From NCBI GenBank assembly GCA_010093745.1, contig MU005989.1:2776-66775 (forward strand): DNA of 64,000 bases. Reading direction: 5' to 3'. Position 1 is the first letter of the stretch, and every line of letters begins with the position of its first letter. The stretch is from Piedraia hortae CBS 480.64 (Eukaryota). The notes below the pieces were generated by a model that saw only the letters and a program-made list of their open reading frames with translations, searched no databases and was not told the DNA's origin. The translations under genes and the position numbers were made by a program. This document shows positions 1-11,281 of the stretch, one piece after another.

Positions 1-457
1 TGGGTTGGGGATCGGATTGGGATTTGGATGGGGCTTCGCCGTCAGTGGTGATTGTGACGTCCACGGCGAAGTGGGGGGCTCCGTGGTAGGTGTTTTTGGG
101 GGTTGGGTAGGTTAATCCGTCGACGGATTCGTCGAGGCCAAGGAATATTACCTGCGGTTTGGGCTGGGATGGGGCGGGGGAGGCGTAGTAGTCTTCGCCG
201 ATGATGGTTCGTACGTCGGTCCATTTTAGCCAGCCCAGTTTTTCTGCTTGATCTCCGTTTGCTTGGGACACGATGAGGGGGTTGAGGTTGCGGAAGAGGA
301 GGAATTGCGTAGACGAGTGTTTGAGCGCTTGAGAGAGAAAGGTGTTGTCGCCGCGCAGAAATGACAGACGGTTCAGGGGATTTCCGGAGAAATAATTCGT
401 TACTTCACGACCGAAACGGTGTATTAGCATGCTATTTTCCCCGGACTCTGCTGCCAT
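1..457 (-). CDS. NPY1: NADH pyrophosphatase (Nudix, NudC-like), 5' part; runs off the window start
   Basis: Not in the ORF track. Hand translation from ATG 457: MAAESGENSMLIHRFGREVTNYFSGNPLNRLSFLRGDNTFLSQALKHSSTQFLLFRNLNPL...IFLGLDE...YHGAPHFAVDVT, matching the fungal NPY1 N-terminus (SML..FG.EV.NYFSG.PLNR.SFLR). Confidence 0.85.
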   Translation of the reverse strand, partial: MAAESGENSMLIHRFGREVTNYFSGNPLNRLSFLRGDNTFLSQALKHSSTQFLLFRNLNPLIVSQANGDQAEKLGWLKWTDVRTIIGEDYYASPAPSQPKPQVIFLGLDESVDGLTYPTPKNTYHGAPHFAVDVTITTDGEAPSKSQSDPQP

Positions 458-597
458 TGTCAACTCTGAGTTATTGTGAAAGGCTGGTGATGGAGGAGGG
501 GATGTGGATGCCTGAGGCAGGAAGTTACATGCACCCACGAACGCGGTGGTTGAGAGACGAGAATTGGGCTATTTTACGTGGCAGCAGAGTATGCGGT

Positions 598-1123
598 TCA
601 GATACCCGTCCCCAGTGACTCGTTCAGTTCCTCCAGCGTCTCCTCCACCCTCGCATATGCCAACTTCTGCGCTTGTCTATCGAGGTTCACTCTCCTGGCA
701 CACGTCAGAGAAAATTTTCCCTCCCAAAAAGGGGGAGTTTTCTTCCCAAAAGGGGAAGTCCCCCCCCTCCCCTCCCTTGGCAAACTCTTACCCTCTATAG
801 TTAACATCCTGCTGACCCCACCAAACCCACACGAGGTTCTTGAGGATTTTGTGCTCCATTCCAGTAGTCTCTGTGGCTCTTTTCAGAAAGTCGATTGTAT
901 TCTCCACCTTGGCCATGTCGAGGGTTCCGCGTGGTGTCTCTCCACTCATCGCCGGGCCGAGTCTGAAGCGATTTCGTGCAGGTTCGTCGCTGGGCCCGCG
1001 AAAGCGCAAGCGCAGCCTGTCGCGGACCTGATATCGCCCGGGGACGCTGAATAGCACGGCGCGGTATGCGTGCCGCAGAAGTCGTCTGTAGGCTGATCGG
1101 AGGACGGTTATGTCTTGGCTCAT
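598..1123 (-). CDS. Small LYR-like/DUF1763-type protein, probably mitochondrial, 2 exons (142 aa)
   Basis: MSQDITVLRSAYRRLLRHAYRAVLFS.P.RYQVRDRLR..FR...ENTIDFL..A....GMEHKILKNL. GTAAG...CTGAC...CAG intron 791-695 joins in frame to ...LEELNESLGTGI*. Confidence 0.7.
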
Positions 1124-1188
1124 TACGGTTGTTTGGGGGAAATTGTGAATCAAAAAGTAGTTTTACAGACTATCATCACAGTGCAAGG

Positions 1189-2116
1189 CTATCCCGTGAC
1201 ATCCTTGGCATCCACGCCGTCTACGCTCTGTAGGTCCCCGTTCAGGCTGAGTCCCGGACCGTGGGTGGAGCTCAGCACAACTTCGTGAACCTCCTTGCTT
1301 ACCCGGTCGCTTAAGCCCAGCATATCGTGCTTGATGCGCTGGACAAAGGCGCGAATGTTGTCCTGCAGCATTGCAGGTGAGAACTGAAGCTGTCCAACGG
1401 CCATGCGTACGACGCCGAACCGTTCCCTGTACTCGCTTGCGCCAACCATTTCCCTCACGCCAGCGCCGACATCCTTCATTACCGTCCCCAGTTTCGCGCT
1501 GGGCATCAGTCCGCGCGGCCCCAGTATCCGCGCCACGCCCGATTTGCCGAGTTTCGCCAGAGAATCTTCGTGACAGATGCACTTCTCAAACTCGATCCGT
1601 CCCTCTTTGATGGCCGTGAAGATGCTTTCCTCGCCGACGATGTTGGCGCCTGCCGCCTCGGCCGCTTTGGCTGCGCTGCTCTCGGGAGCGGCGATGACGC
1701 ATATCCGCAGATCTGTCTTGACCGGGTGCGGAAGGCGAATGCGACTGCGTATGACGGGACCGTTTCGAAGCGTTCGTAGCCGCACGTGAAGCTCGTACTT
1801 GCTCACCGACGGGTTGTAGCCTACTTCGGCCGCCCGGAGATAGCTGCCTCCCGTTAGACCCGTTTCCCAATCCTTCCGGGACATCCTACCGCATCGCGTC
1901 GATCAGACTAAACTGCCGTACCAGTCTGAGGTCAGGAGTGTTGAAGGTGGGCGAGCTCTTCTTCTTCGCAGGCGTTGAAGACTTTGTGTTGGAGCGCTTG
2001 TATTTGATCGCTGTTGCCTCGGACATGGCCGTTCGTATCGGAATGAGACATGGTGACGGTCTTAACGAGAGGGCGGTAGCGCGCGCGAGGCATGAAGGAC
2101 AGTGTCGCGTGGCCAT
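1189..2116 (-). CDS. MRPL1: Mitochondrial ribosomal protein uL1m, 2 exons
   Basis: L1 motifs (RIRLPHPV, RICVIA, ARILGPRGLMPSAKLGTV, VVLSSTHGPG). 46-nt intron 1889-1844 joins FSLIDAMR to YLRAAEVG. N-terminus resembles a targeting presequence. Confidence 0.9.
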
Positions 2117-2306
2117 TGCCCCAAGTCTGCGGCCGCCGGCGGAGACATGTTAGCTCCTAACCCTAAGATTTTGATATTCAACCACGCGAATGCACAGCAC
2201 AGCTAGAACCGAATGAACAGGGAAGCTACTATAATACACTCTGGATATCTCAACAACCATCGTACAGTTACAGCCGCTCAGAATAGCCTATAAAACATCC
2301 AAAACA

Positions 2307-3080
2307 CTATTCATCCCCGCCCGCAAGAACCTTTATCTTTACATTTGGGTCGACCGGTAGACCAGGCGTCTGGCTAACAACCTTGCCATCTTCGTTAACA
2401 AACTCCCACTTGTATCTGCTGAGATAGTGCGGAATTGCGCTCAGTTGTGAGCCGTAGCGGCCCGTGTTGTCGTACAGTTCGAACAGCGGCACGGCGAGAA
2501 GCTTCATGTTCTTGGGCACGCTGAGCACTTTGCTCTTGGGCAGCCGGATAAAGTAGAGCTTCTTGCACTCCTTGGGTCTTGTAACATGCGCGGGCAGGTA
2601 GGGATACATAAACGTCTCAAAGTTGGGCCTCCACCACTGCGCCAGCGTGTCGTAGATGTCCCATCCCTCGGGGTCGTCGGGGTGCGATGCCGAGAGCGAA
2701 GAGTTGGGCATCGGAGCCAGTCGTTCGTTGAGACGTGCTTGGAACCCCTCGATCTCGGGCTCATCCGGCCGAAGATAGTCTCCCGGAAGCTTGAAGAAGG
2801 CGTTTGCGATCTGAAGCATCAGGATGTGCGGATGATTGTACTCGTGGCAGACCAAGACACCCTCGCACGTGCGCCGCATGCCATGGTCGCGATAGTGGTC
2901 TTCCAGCCGTTTCAGACGATCCTTGACAGACGAATCTTCCTCTTGTTGCGTCTCTTTGGTGCCGAAAGTGTAATTGCTCAACGGATACAGACGGACAGTC
3001 GGTGTTTGGCACGCATCAAACGGCGGTACAATTGGCGGCGGGCACTGAGATACCTGCTGGTCAAGAGGCAGTGTAGACAT
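2307..3080 (-). CDS. NUDT21: Cleavage factor Im 25-kDa subunit (CPSF5/NUDT21)
   Basis: LYPLSNYTFGTKE, GMRRTCEGVLVCHE.NHPHILMLQI, WWRPNFET.MYPY.PAH.T.PKECKKL, VPKNMKLLAVPLFELYDN. Confidence 0.95.
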   Translation of the reverse strand: MSTLPLDQQVSQCPPPIVPPFDACQTPTVRLYPLSNYTFGTKETQQEEDSSVKDRLKRLEDHYRDHGMRRTCEGVLVCHEYNHPHILMLQIANAFFKLPGDYLRPDEPEIEGFQARLNERLAPMPNSSLSASHPDDPEGWDIYDTLAQWWRPNFETFMYPYLPAHVTRPKECKKLYFIRLPKSKVLSVPKNMKLLAVPLFELYDNTGRYGSQLSAIPHYLSRYKWEFVNEDGKVVSQTPGLPVDPNVKIKVLAGGDE

Positions 3081-3345
3081 GTCGTGTTGGTGGACGCGAG
3101 AGCTGCCAAGACAGGTGGCGCGCGGCTGCGTCTGATTGGTCGAGGTAGGGGAAGCGGGCCGCTAGCGTAAATATTGACTCTGACATTCTGCAGAGGTGAA
3201 ATTTCACGCTCGTCTTCTGGTTAAAAAGCATCCACAGCGCTTCACAGCTACCAGTTATTACAATGGTCATCGTCTGTGATTGGAGGATTCATGATTACAA
3301 TTAGAGTGATTGGCTCGTCTACACAGAGCTACAAACTTGGCGTAG

Positions 3346-4650
3346 CTATTCTAGTGTTTCTTTGGTAAAAGTGCGTGGCTTGGCATCCACTACGTGCCGT
3401 GTAGGACGCCAGACTTGGAAGACATTATTGTCCGACGCACTGCACAGCACCCACGGGTCGTTGGGGTTCCATGAAAAATCTGTTAGCTTGCTGGCGTTGC
3501 CTGCGTGCATAAAAAGCAGCTCGGGAACGCCCTCTTCTGCCTCTTCTGGCATCTGTTCCATTCCCACACGGCTCATGTCCCAAATAATTACCCGGCGGTC
3601 ATCTGAACTAGACGCCAGAATGCTCGAGTCGGTTGGGTGCCATTCGACTTTGGTGACCACTTGTTTGTGGCCATCCAGTGTGTGAAGCCGTCCCTTAGAA
3701 GGGAAACGCAAGTCGAAAACGCCCACCGTCTTGTCATCCGAAGCCGTGGCGAAGAGCGATTCCATTTTGGGATGAAAAGCCAAACTATTGATGGCCGCAG
3801 AGTGGGCATTCTCAAAGGTAATGGCCGGACGGTCAGTGCTGGAGGTTCTCATATCCACAAATGCAACGCTGAGATCATCCGACACCGATCCAAACAATTC
3901 TTTTCCGAATTTCGGATGGAACTGCACATCGTTGACGCTCGCACTGTGGTGTGCATAAGTCGTCTGGGCCTCGATGTCCTTGTTATCGGGGGTAAAGTCG
4001 ACCACAAGATCCCAGAGCTTGACGGTGCTGTCGTTGCTACCGGAGATCAGCTGTCCTTCCATGTACGAGTTCCAGTCAAGCGCAAATCCTTCGGCTGTGT
4101 GTCCGCTCAGCGTGGCCTGGGGCTTTGCATCATTGCTGCTCGGATTAGACGAGTGCTTGGTGCGGTCCCATATGTACAGATTGCAGTTGCTCGCCCACGA
4201 GGCAATGATGTTGGGATTCTGGGGTTGATAGCGCGCTCGGTTGACCTCTGTCGGATGCACGATTGTCTGAACAACCTCCCAGCTCATGGGATCTCTCGAT
4301 GCACCATAACCTCCAAGCTCTTCTGTGTTGGCATCGTAGTCGGCGACCGTGGCCGGCTTTGGGTTTGCGATGTCCAAATGGACAATCTGGATGAGTTCTC
4401 GGTCTTGGTTAGACGTGTGCGTCCCCAGCAACAGACGGTGCCTCCGCATCTCCTTTCCCGGAACTTGTCGCACATCCGGCAACCACTGAGTGGTCAATGT
4501 CGGCCATTTCAGAGCGGTGCTGTAGAGAATGTCGTATAGCGGAATCGCATTGTCTCTCCACGTCTTGTATTCTTCGGCAATGATCTTGGCTTCCTCTGGA
4601 GAATGTCAGCCATCGTTTTGGTCGCTCTTCTTCCACCTACCGTCGTCCAT
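3346..4650 (-). CDS. HAT2: Histone-binding WD40 protein (HAT2/RbAp46-48 family), 2 exons
   Basis: ATG 4650 and 45-nt intron 4640-4596 give MDDEEAKIIAEEYKTW...LYDILYSTALKWPTLTTQWLPD. Also LLLGTHTS, EVNRARYQPQNP, WD repeats, PELLFMH, DFSWNPNDPW. Confidence 0.9.
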
Positions 4651-4878
4651 TTTGTGCCAGACGCCTTGCGACGACTTTGACGCGACGCGACAAACGTAGC
4701 TGACTCAGCCGCGCTTTTCCCCTATGGGCTAGCTTTCCCCAGAGTTTTCCGCAAACAGCAATGAAAATGCCCAATCACCTATATCAAGCCTCTCGATCCT
4801 CCATAGACTCCGTGTCTGAAGGTCGCCCTTCCTATCGTCTCACGTATCTTGCACATTCTTCCAAGTCATTCCACAACT

Positions 4879-7800
4879 ATGGGTATGCGCATCTATATCT
4901 ATTGTGAATATTCACTGACCAGACGAAGGCGTGCCCAAGTTTTTCAGATGGATGTCGGAGAGATATCCGGCCATTTCGCAGTTGATCGCGGAGAACCGGA
5001 TACCAGAATTCGATTGTCTCTATCTGGACATGAACGGTATCATCCACAATTGCACTCATGACAACTCAGATTCCCAGCACACGACACACACGCCCGAGGA
5101 TGAAATGTTTATCAAGATTTTCAACTACATTGAACACCTGTTTGGCAAGATCAAGCCACAGAAGCTCTTCTTCATGGCCATTGATGGCGTAGCGCCGCGG
5201 GCGAAGATGAACCAGCAACGGGCGAGACGATTTCGGACTGCAAAAGACGCCGAAATGGCGCGTGAAAAGGCGATTAAGGAGGGCAAAGAATTGCCCAAAG
5301 AAGCTCCATTTGATTCAAATTGCATCACGCCAGGAACAGAATTCATGGCGCGGCTGACGACGCATCTGAAATACTTCATCGCCAAGAAGCTGACCGAAGA
5401 CACCGAGTGGCAGGGCTGCGAAGTCGTGCTGTCCGGTCATGAAGTGCCAGGCGAAGGCGAGCACAAGATTATGGAGTATATTCGCCAGGCCAAGAGCCAA
5501 AAGGACTACAACCCCAATATGCGTCATTGTCTGTACGGACTGGACGCTGATCTGATCATGTTGGGATTGCTGTCTCACGACCCTCACTTTTGTTTGTTGC
5601 GTGAAGAGGTTACCTTTGGAAAGCAGACCAAGGCGAAGAGCACCGAGTTGGAGCACCAAAACTTCTACCTCATGCACCTCTGCCTGGTGCGGGAATACCT
5701 TGAGATGGAGTTTCAGGAGCTCAAGGAGCCAGGTGCTCTGGGCTCGGTTAAGTTTGACATGGAACGCATTATTGATGATTTTATCCTCATGGCTTTTTTC
5801 GTCGGAAACGATTTCTTACCTAATTTGCCGCATCTGCATATCAACGAAGGTGCTCTGGCCCTTATGTTTGGGCTGTACAAACAGGTCTTGCCGAAGGCAG
5901 GCGGCTACATCAACGAGGGCGGGACTATTAATCTCCAACGCCTTTCCATTCTTCTGGGGGAGCTCGGGCATGTTGAATATCGCTTTTTTGAAAAGGATAG
6001 CGAAGATGCGGCCTGGCTGAAAGATAAAGCCATGCAGAAAGAGGATGTTATGGACAAGGTGAAGCGAAAGGGGGCTGTTGATACCATGACTACCCGGCAG
6101 CAGGAGTTGTTTCGTCAGGTGCAGAGCTATGTCAAGTCGCGGCCTGTTGGTGGCGAAGCGTTGCCTCTGGATCTTCCGGCCGGACTAAAGGCAGCTGATC
6201 GCGCTTTTGTAGACGATCTGGCTCGGCGTTTGCGACTGGACAGCAGGACAGTCGCAGATGAAGAAGGAACCCGCCATCTGCAGCTCAGCTTTCCCAGCCG
6301 GCCGGAAGCAGACGATGAAGATGACGACGAGGACGTCGAAGCGCAGGAGGCCTTGTATCGCGTCCTACGGCAGTATGAGAAGGCCAAGGTCGAGGACATA
6401 TCTGCTGAAGAGTCGCGATTGAAGGCCCAGGAAAAGTACGACCGCAAGTTTCAAAAGTGGAAAAACAGCCACTATGTCAAGAAGTTCGGATGGGGTCTGG
6501 ACAACGAGGAAGAACTGCGGAAATTGACAGAAAACTACGTTCAGGGTCTGCAGTGGGTGCTATACTACTATTACCGCGGCGTGGTTTCATGGCCATGGTA
6601 CTACCGCTACCACTACGCTCCCATGATCAGCGACGTGACTAAGGGTCTCGGGGCTGATATGGAATTCAAGCTGGGCCAGCCATTCCGTCCGTTTCAACAG
6701 CTCATGGGTGTTTTACCGGACCGGTCCAAGTCCATCGTTCCCAAAGTGTACTGGTCATTGATGACGGACCCGGACAGCCCAATCATTGACTTCTATCCGC
6801 GTGATTTCGAGCTGGACAAGAATGGGAAAAAGCAGGATTGGGAGGCTGTTGTCAAGATTCCGTTTATCGATGAGAAGAGGCTTTTGGCCGCCATGTCGAC
6901 CAGGGAGCAGGGCTTGTCTAAGGATGAGCTTGCCAGAAACGAGTTTGGCGTCAGCCTGACCTACTGCTACTCCACTGATGTTGACTACACCTACCCAGGC
7001 AGCCTATGCGGCAGCTTTCCTCCCCTACAGAACTGCCACTGCATCGAGAACATTTTTGAATTGCCAACAATGGAAGGGTTGGATGTGTATGTGGGACTGC
7101 TGGAGGGCGTCAAGCTCAACGAGGCGGCCTTGGCCGGCTTTCCCAGTCTGCACACATTGCCTCATACGGGCCAGCTCGATTATCATGGCGTTAATGTCTT
7201 CCAACGCGACAGTAGCAACGAAAGCATGATTGTCACTCTCTCGGATAGGGACAAGACAACGAAGAAGGCTTACGAGCGTCTCGGCAAGGCCGTGCATGTT
7301 GGATATCCGTTCTTGCAAGAGGGTCGTGTGGTGTGCGTGAGCGATGAAATGTTCAGTTATCGGCTTGCAGATCCAGACGCTCCGCCTACGGGGACAAATC
7401 TGCGTCAGGAACCCCATACAGCAGCTGCAATGTCTGATTGGAAGAAAAGAGCCCAGCGTATCGAGTCTACGTATAGCAAGCGATTGGGTATCGTCATTGG
7501 GGATGTGGAGTCCACCGTCCAAGTGGAAATGCTTGACGGGATGCGCAAGACAGAGAATGGTGCCACGGTGAAGTCTTATCGCCAGATTTCTGGTGTTGAG
7601 TGTGAGTTTGCCAGCCAAACGATTGTGGATCATGTTATCAGCGAGGATCAGCGGTTTCTTGAGCAGGCAGCTCTGCCCGTCACCGAGGAGTTTCCCGTCG
7701 CCTCATACGTATTCTTCTTGGGCGATGCGGCATACGGCAGACCGGCAAAAGTCACCGGGCACAGCAGAGAACAGCTGCACATCACGGTCGATAAACTCGA

Positions 7801-9073
7801 CAAGCCCGAGGCTATGTTCGCTCGTCAAATTGTGACGGCGTCGCTACACGGGACGAGGTACTTGCCCAGCTATCAAGTCGCCAAAGTGCTCCACCTGCAC
7901 CCACTGGCCCTCTCTAAGCTCACCTCATCCTTTCACGTCGTATCTTCGGGCCTTCGTCTCAATCTCGGGCTGAATCTCAAATTCGAGGCCAAGAAGCAAA
8001 AGGTGTTGGGCTACAGTCGCAAGGCTGCGAGCGGCTGGGAATTCAGCGAAAAAGCGATGCAACTTTTAATCCAGTACATGACGCGCTTCCCGGAATTTGT
8101 CGCACGGATTCAAGCAAATCCAACCGGCGATGACTGGGCAGACACAACCTTCTACCCCGATCCCACAGAAGCCAAGCAAAAAATGAAGGAGATCGGAGCC
8201 TGGTTGAAGAGCCTCGAGATTCGCGACTTGGAACGCGTACCGCTGGATGTAGAGCAGCTCGACAGCGATGCGGTCGCAAAGCTGGAGCAGGCGGCGGATC
8301 AGATCACTGAAATCGCCGCGACAAGTACGCAACGCATGAGGAACGTCCCACGGCACGGCTTGCTCAAGCCAAGCACCGCCATACAACGCACGAGCTCGCA
8401 GACCTTTGGCATAGGTGACCGCGTCGTCTACGTTCTCGACACGGGGCGCGTTCCCATCGGCCTCCGTGGGACGGTCGTTGGAAAAACACGTACCTCGAGC
8501 CGCACACTTCTGGATATCCTCTTTGACCACACCTTCTTGGCCGGAACGACGCTCAACGGCCGCTGTTCGGATTTCAGAGGGGGCGTCGTCCCTGCCGAAG
8601 CAGTTTTGAACTTGTCTAACAGACAAGTCAGCGCTAAGAGCGCTGCGCAGAAGAGAGCCGAAGCTGCAAAAGTCCCTGTAAGGAGTGCGAATCCGAGGCA
8701 CCCCATGCCTGGTCACTTGACGACCGCACCAGCTCCTCCTCCCCTCATGGGGTCTTTTAGCAACGCTGCGGCGAATAACATACCGATCAGAGGGCCTAGG
8801 GGGGCTACGCGTCCCAATCGTCAAGGCTTCACGATTATGGAGAGAATTGATGCATTGCCACCCTTGGATCCCACACAACCCACCTTCACTCCGCTGTCTT
8901 ATTCCCGCGTTCCGCCGCCCGCAGACTTGGGTTGGGAACGTGGTCGGGGATCGAGGGGTGGCAGGAGCGGTGGAGGTAGAGGTAGAGGTAGAGGCGGAGA
9001 TAGAGGCGGAGATAGAGGCGGAAGTAGAGGCGGAAGTAGAGGCGGAAGTAGAGGCGGAGGGACGTCTTCGTAG
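4879..9073 (+). CDS. XRN1: 5'-3' exoribonuclease 1, 2 exons
   Basis: ATG 4879 plus intron 4883-4928 gives MGVPKFFRW. Motifs DCLYLDMNGIIH, AIDGVAPRAKMNQQR, VPGEGEHKIM, YGLDADLIMLGL, VGNDFLP. Length of ~1380 aa and the C-terminal domains fit XRN1 rather than XRN2. Confidence 0.97.
8974..9060 (+). repeat. Coding 6-bp and 12-bp tandem repeats encoding the RG/RGG tail of XRN1
   Basis: (GGTAGA)x3, then GGCGGAGATAGA x2 and GGCGGAAGTAGA x3. Confidence 0.85.
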
Positions 9074-10237
9074 ATACCCGATATTTGCTGCGCCGCGCTC
9101 ACAGTCAGAAGCAAGGCGGACTTGCAGGAAGAGTCATGCAGTCGAATTTTTTATTCCAAAGGATGATATCTATGCAGAGATTTACTGTACCTTCCCATGA
9201 CTGCTTCAATACTATCAGCTGCAAATGTGTTGATAGAATTGTCATCGTTTGTGAATCATTGACCGCTGCATTAGCCTACGATGGAGTCAGCATCGTGTGT
9301 AGATTAATAGAGAAGTACTGGTCATATTGGCGCCCTCTCACACGGGCATATGTATGACTTCGAAGAAGGTGCTGCTTGCCACAATGTACACATTCACGGT
9401 TACGTCGCAATTTGTCACAGGCTTGCGCCCCTATACCGATCAGATACGAGACTGTCTCCAGCTAAAGCTGTTTCACATTCCACCAAGCTGAAGCCGAGCC
9501 GAGCAGGCTGACACTGAGGATCCCATCCGGCTGCGGCAACGTCATGTGTCGTAACGCTTTGACATGTTACAAGATTGACAGGTTGCATGGGCCAAGGCGG
9601 CTTTGGAAATAGATTCTTGCTCTCCGGTTGCATTCGCTAGGACGGAGTTTCGACCGGGACGACGTGAGCTTATAGGGAGCGAGAGCATCTCGATGTACAT
9701 GGACTATTGGTCCCGAGACAACGGTTAGCAGTAACAGGGTTTTAAGACGCTCAATGGACCAGGATTCGGGCCCGTAACGAGCTGCACGCTGCATCGGGCC
9801 GCAAAAGACGATGGGGCCAATTAGAGTTGGCCGTCTATCTTTATGTCGTCATCCCCCAACCCCACTCCAATGATCAACGTCTGCCGATCCTCACATGAAC
9901 CCCACTGCACGTGCGGCTCTCTTTTTCCCTGTCATTTTGCTGATTCGTCGCATATCCCGTAGCGATGAGGTGGTTTGGTTGCGCAGGGCAAAAAGCAGAA
10001 GTGGTGGATAGACGCCACGGCTCTTCGATCCAGTGGCGTAGCCTTTATTTTTTTGGGTGTCTTCCTCATCCTTTTCTTTCTTGCTGGCAAAACAGAGGCC
10101 ATTTGCTGGCCCCCCACCTCCCCTTCCCCTCCCCTTTTTTTTTCCTGTTGATAGAGTTGTTTCACCTCTTTGTTTCTTTTCCGTTACCTTTTACCTAAAC
10201 AAGTCCGCTACCCTTTCCAAAACTCTTTCCCATCCAA

Positions 10238-11281
10238 ATGGACTACTCTCCACCGACATCCACACGTCTACGGCTGTCTAGCACGGCTTCCAAGTCGAAG
10301 CAACACGAGCAAAAGGAATCAGACGTCTGGAACGGCTACCAATCGGACGAAGAAACCGTTTCGCGAACGGGTCTCGAAGATGACGACTCTCTGGAAGACA
10401 TCCTCAACGACTACTCGAGCATCAGTAGTCTTGATCGCAGTCCCTCTCCTCCTCCTCTCGCGCAAGCGGTTCAAATCCACAATGGCGAAGGCCGCAGACA
10501 AGTCGCGCAAGCGATCACCATCGTGACAGGCAAAGCCAAAGTCATCTCCGTCTCCAAACCCTCAACACCCGTCAGTCCCGTATCGATGGAACTACCTCCA
10601 TCACCACCACCGCCTTGTCTCCCCCCGAAAATCGAAGGAGGACTGACGCCTTCCTTTCCACCCAAGGCCTTCACCCGACAACGGCTTCGACCCCTATCCA
10701 TGACCCCCAGCTTAGCCGCCGCAGCCGCGAACCTCAACCGTGCCCTCCCCAAAACACCAACAACGTCCTCCTCCTCCTCCTCAACCGCAACACCCGGAAC
10801 GAAAGCCTCCTCCCCCACAACAATCCCCTCTCCCACCTCAACCTCCGGCGACTCCGGCTCACGCTTCCGACTCCACAAATTCTCCTCCTCCCTCACAAAC
10901 GTCTTTGGCAAGAATAAAGACTCTATGCGCAGTCCCCGCTCCGTGCCATCCCTACAACGAGTCAAGCCGGGCGATCGCCCAATCTCATCTCTCGGCCTCC
11001 CCCCCGATCCAAACACAATTGGCCTAGGCAGCGAAACCCCACGAACAGCCAAGCCACAAACCAAAAAACTCGTCCCCCGAGGCGCGTCGGAACGCGCGCC
11101 TGCGATTGAACTCCCACCCTGTCCGGAGGATTATAACCCCGATGGGGACGAGTTGATGGTACCGGTTCCCTTGGGACAGATGCACGCTGCGTCTGTGTCG
11201 CAGACGGCGTTGTCGATTGGGAAGAAGAGGGGGATAACAAATATGGGAAGGAGGTTGAGTTACGCTACAACGCTTGGATGA
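10238..11281 (+). CDS. Ser/Pro-rich, likely disordered hypothetical protein (347 aa)
   Basis: Long ORF with a pyrimidine-rich leader and T-rich trailer. Contains the short motif KLVPRGASERAPAIELPPCP. No recognisable domain. Confidence 0.65.
   Translation: MDYSPPTSTRLRLSSTASKSKQHEQKESDVWNGYQSDEETVSRTGLEDDDSLEDILNDYSSISSLDRSPSPPPLAQAVQIHNGEGRRQVAQAITIVTGKAKVISVSKPSTPVSPVSMELPPSPPPPCLPPKIEGGLTPSFPPKAFTRQRLRPLSMTPSLAAAAANLNRALPKTPTTSSSSSSTATPGTKASSPTTIPSPTSTSGDSGSRFRLHKFSSSLTNVFGKNKDSMRSPRSVPSLQRVKPGDRPISSLGLPPDPNTIGLGSETPRTAKPQTKKLVPRGASERAPAIELPPCPEDYNPDGDELMVPVPLGQMHAASVSQTALSIGKKRGITNMGRRLSYATTLG

Noticed and set aside
3637..4539. 300-aa plus-strand ORF and similar antisense ORFs over XRN1, trpC, PRP45 and CTK1
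   Set aside because: Antisense shadows of real genes in GC-rich coding DNA, with no motifs.
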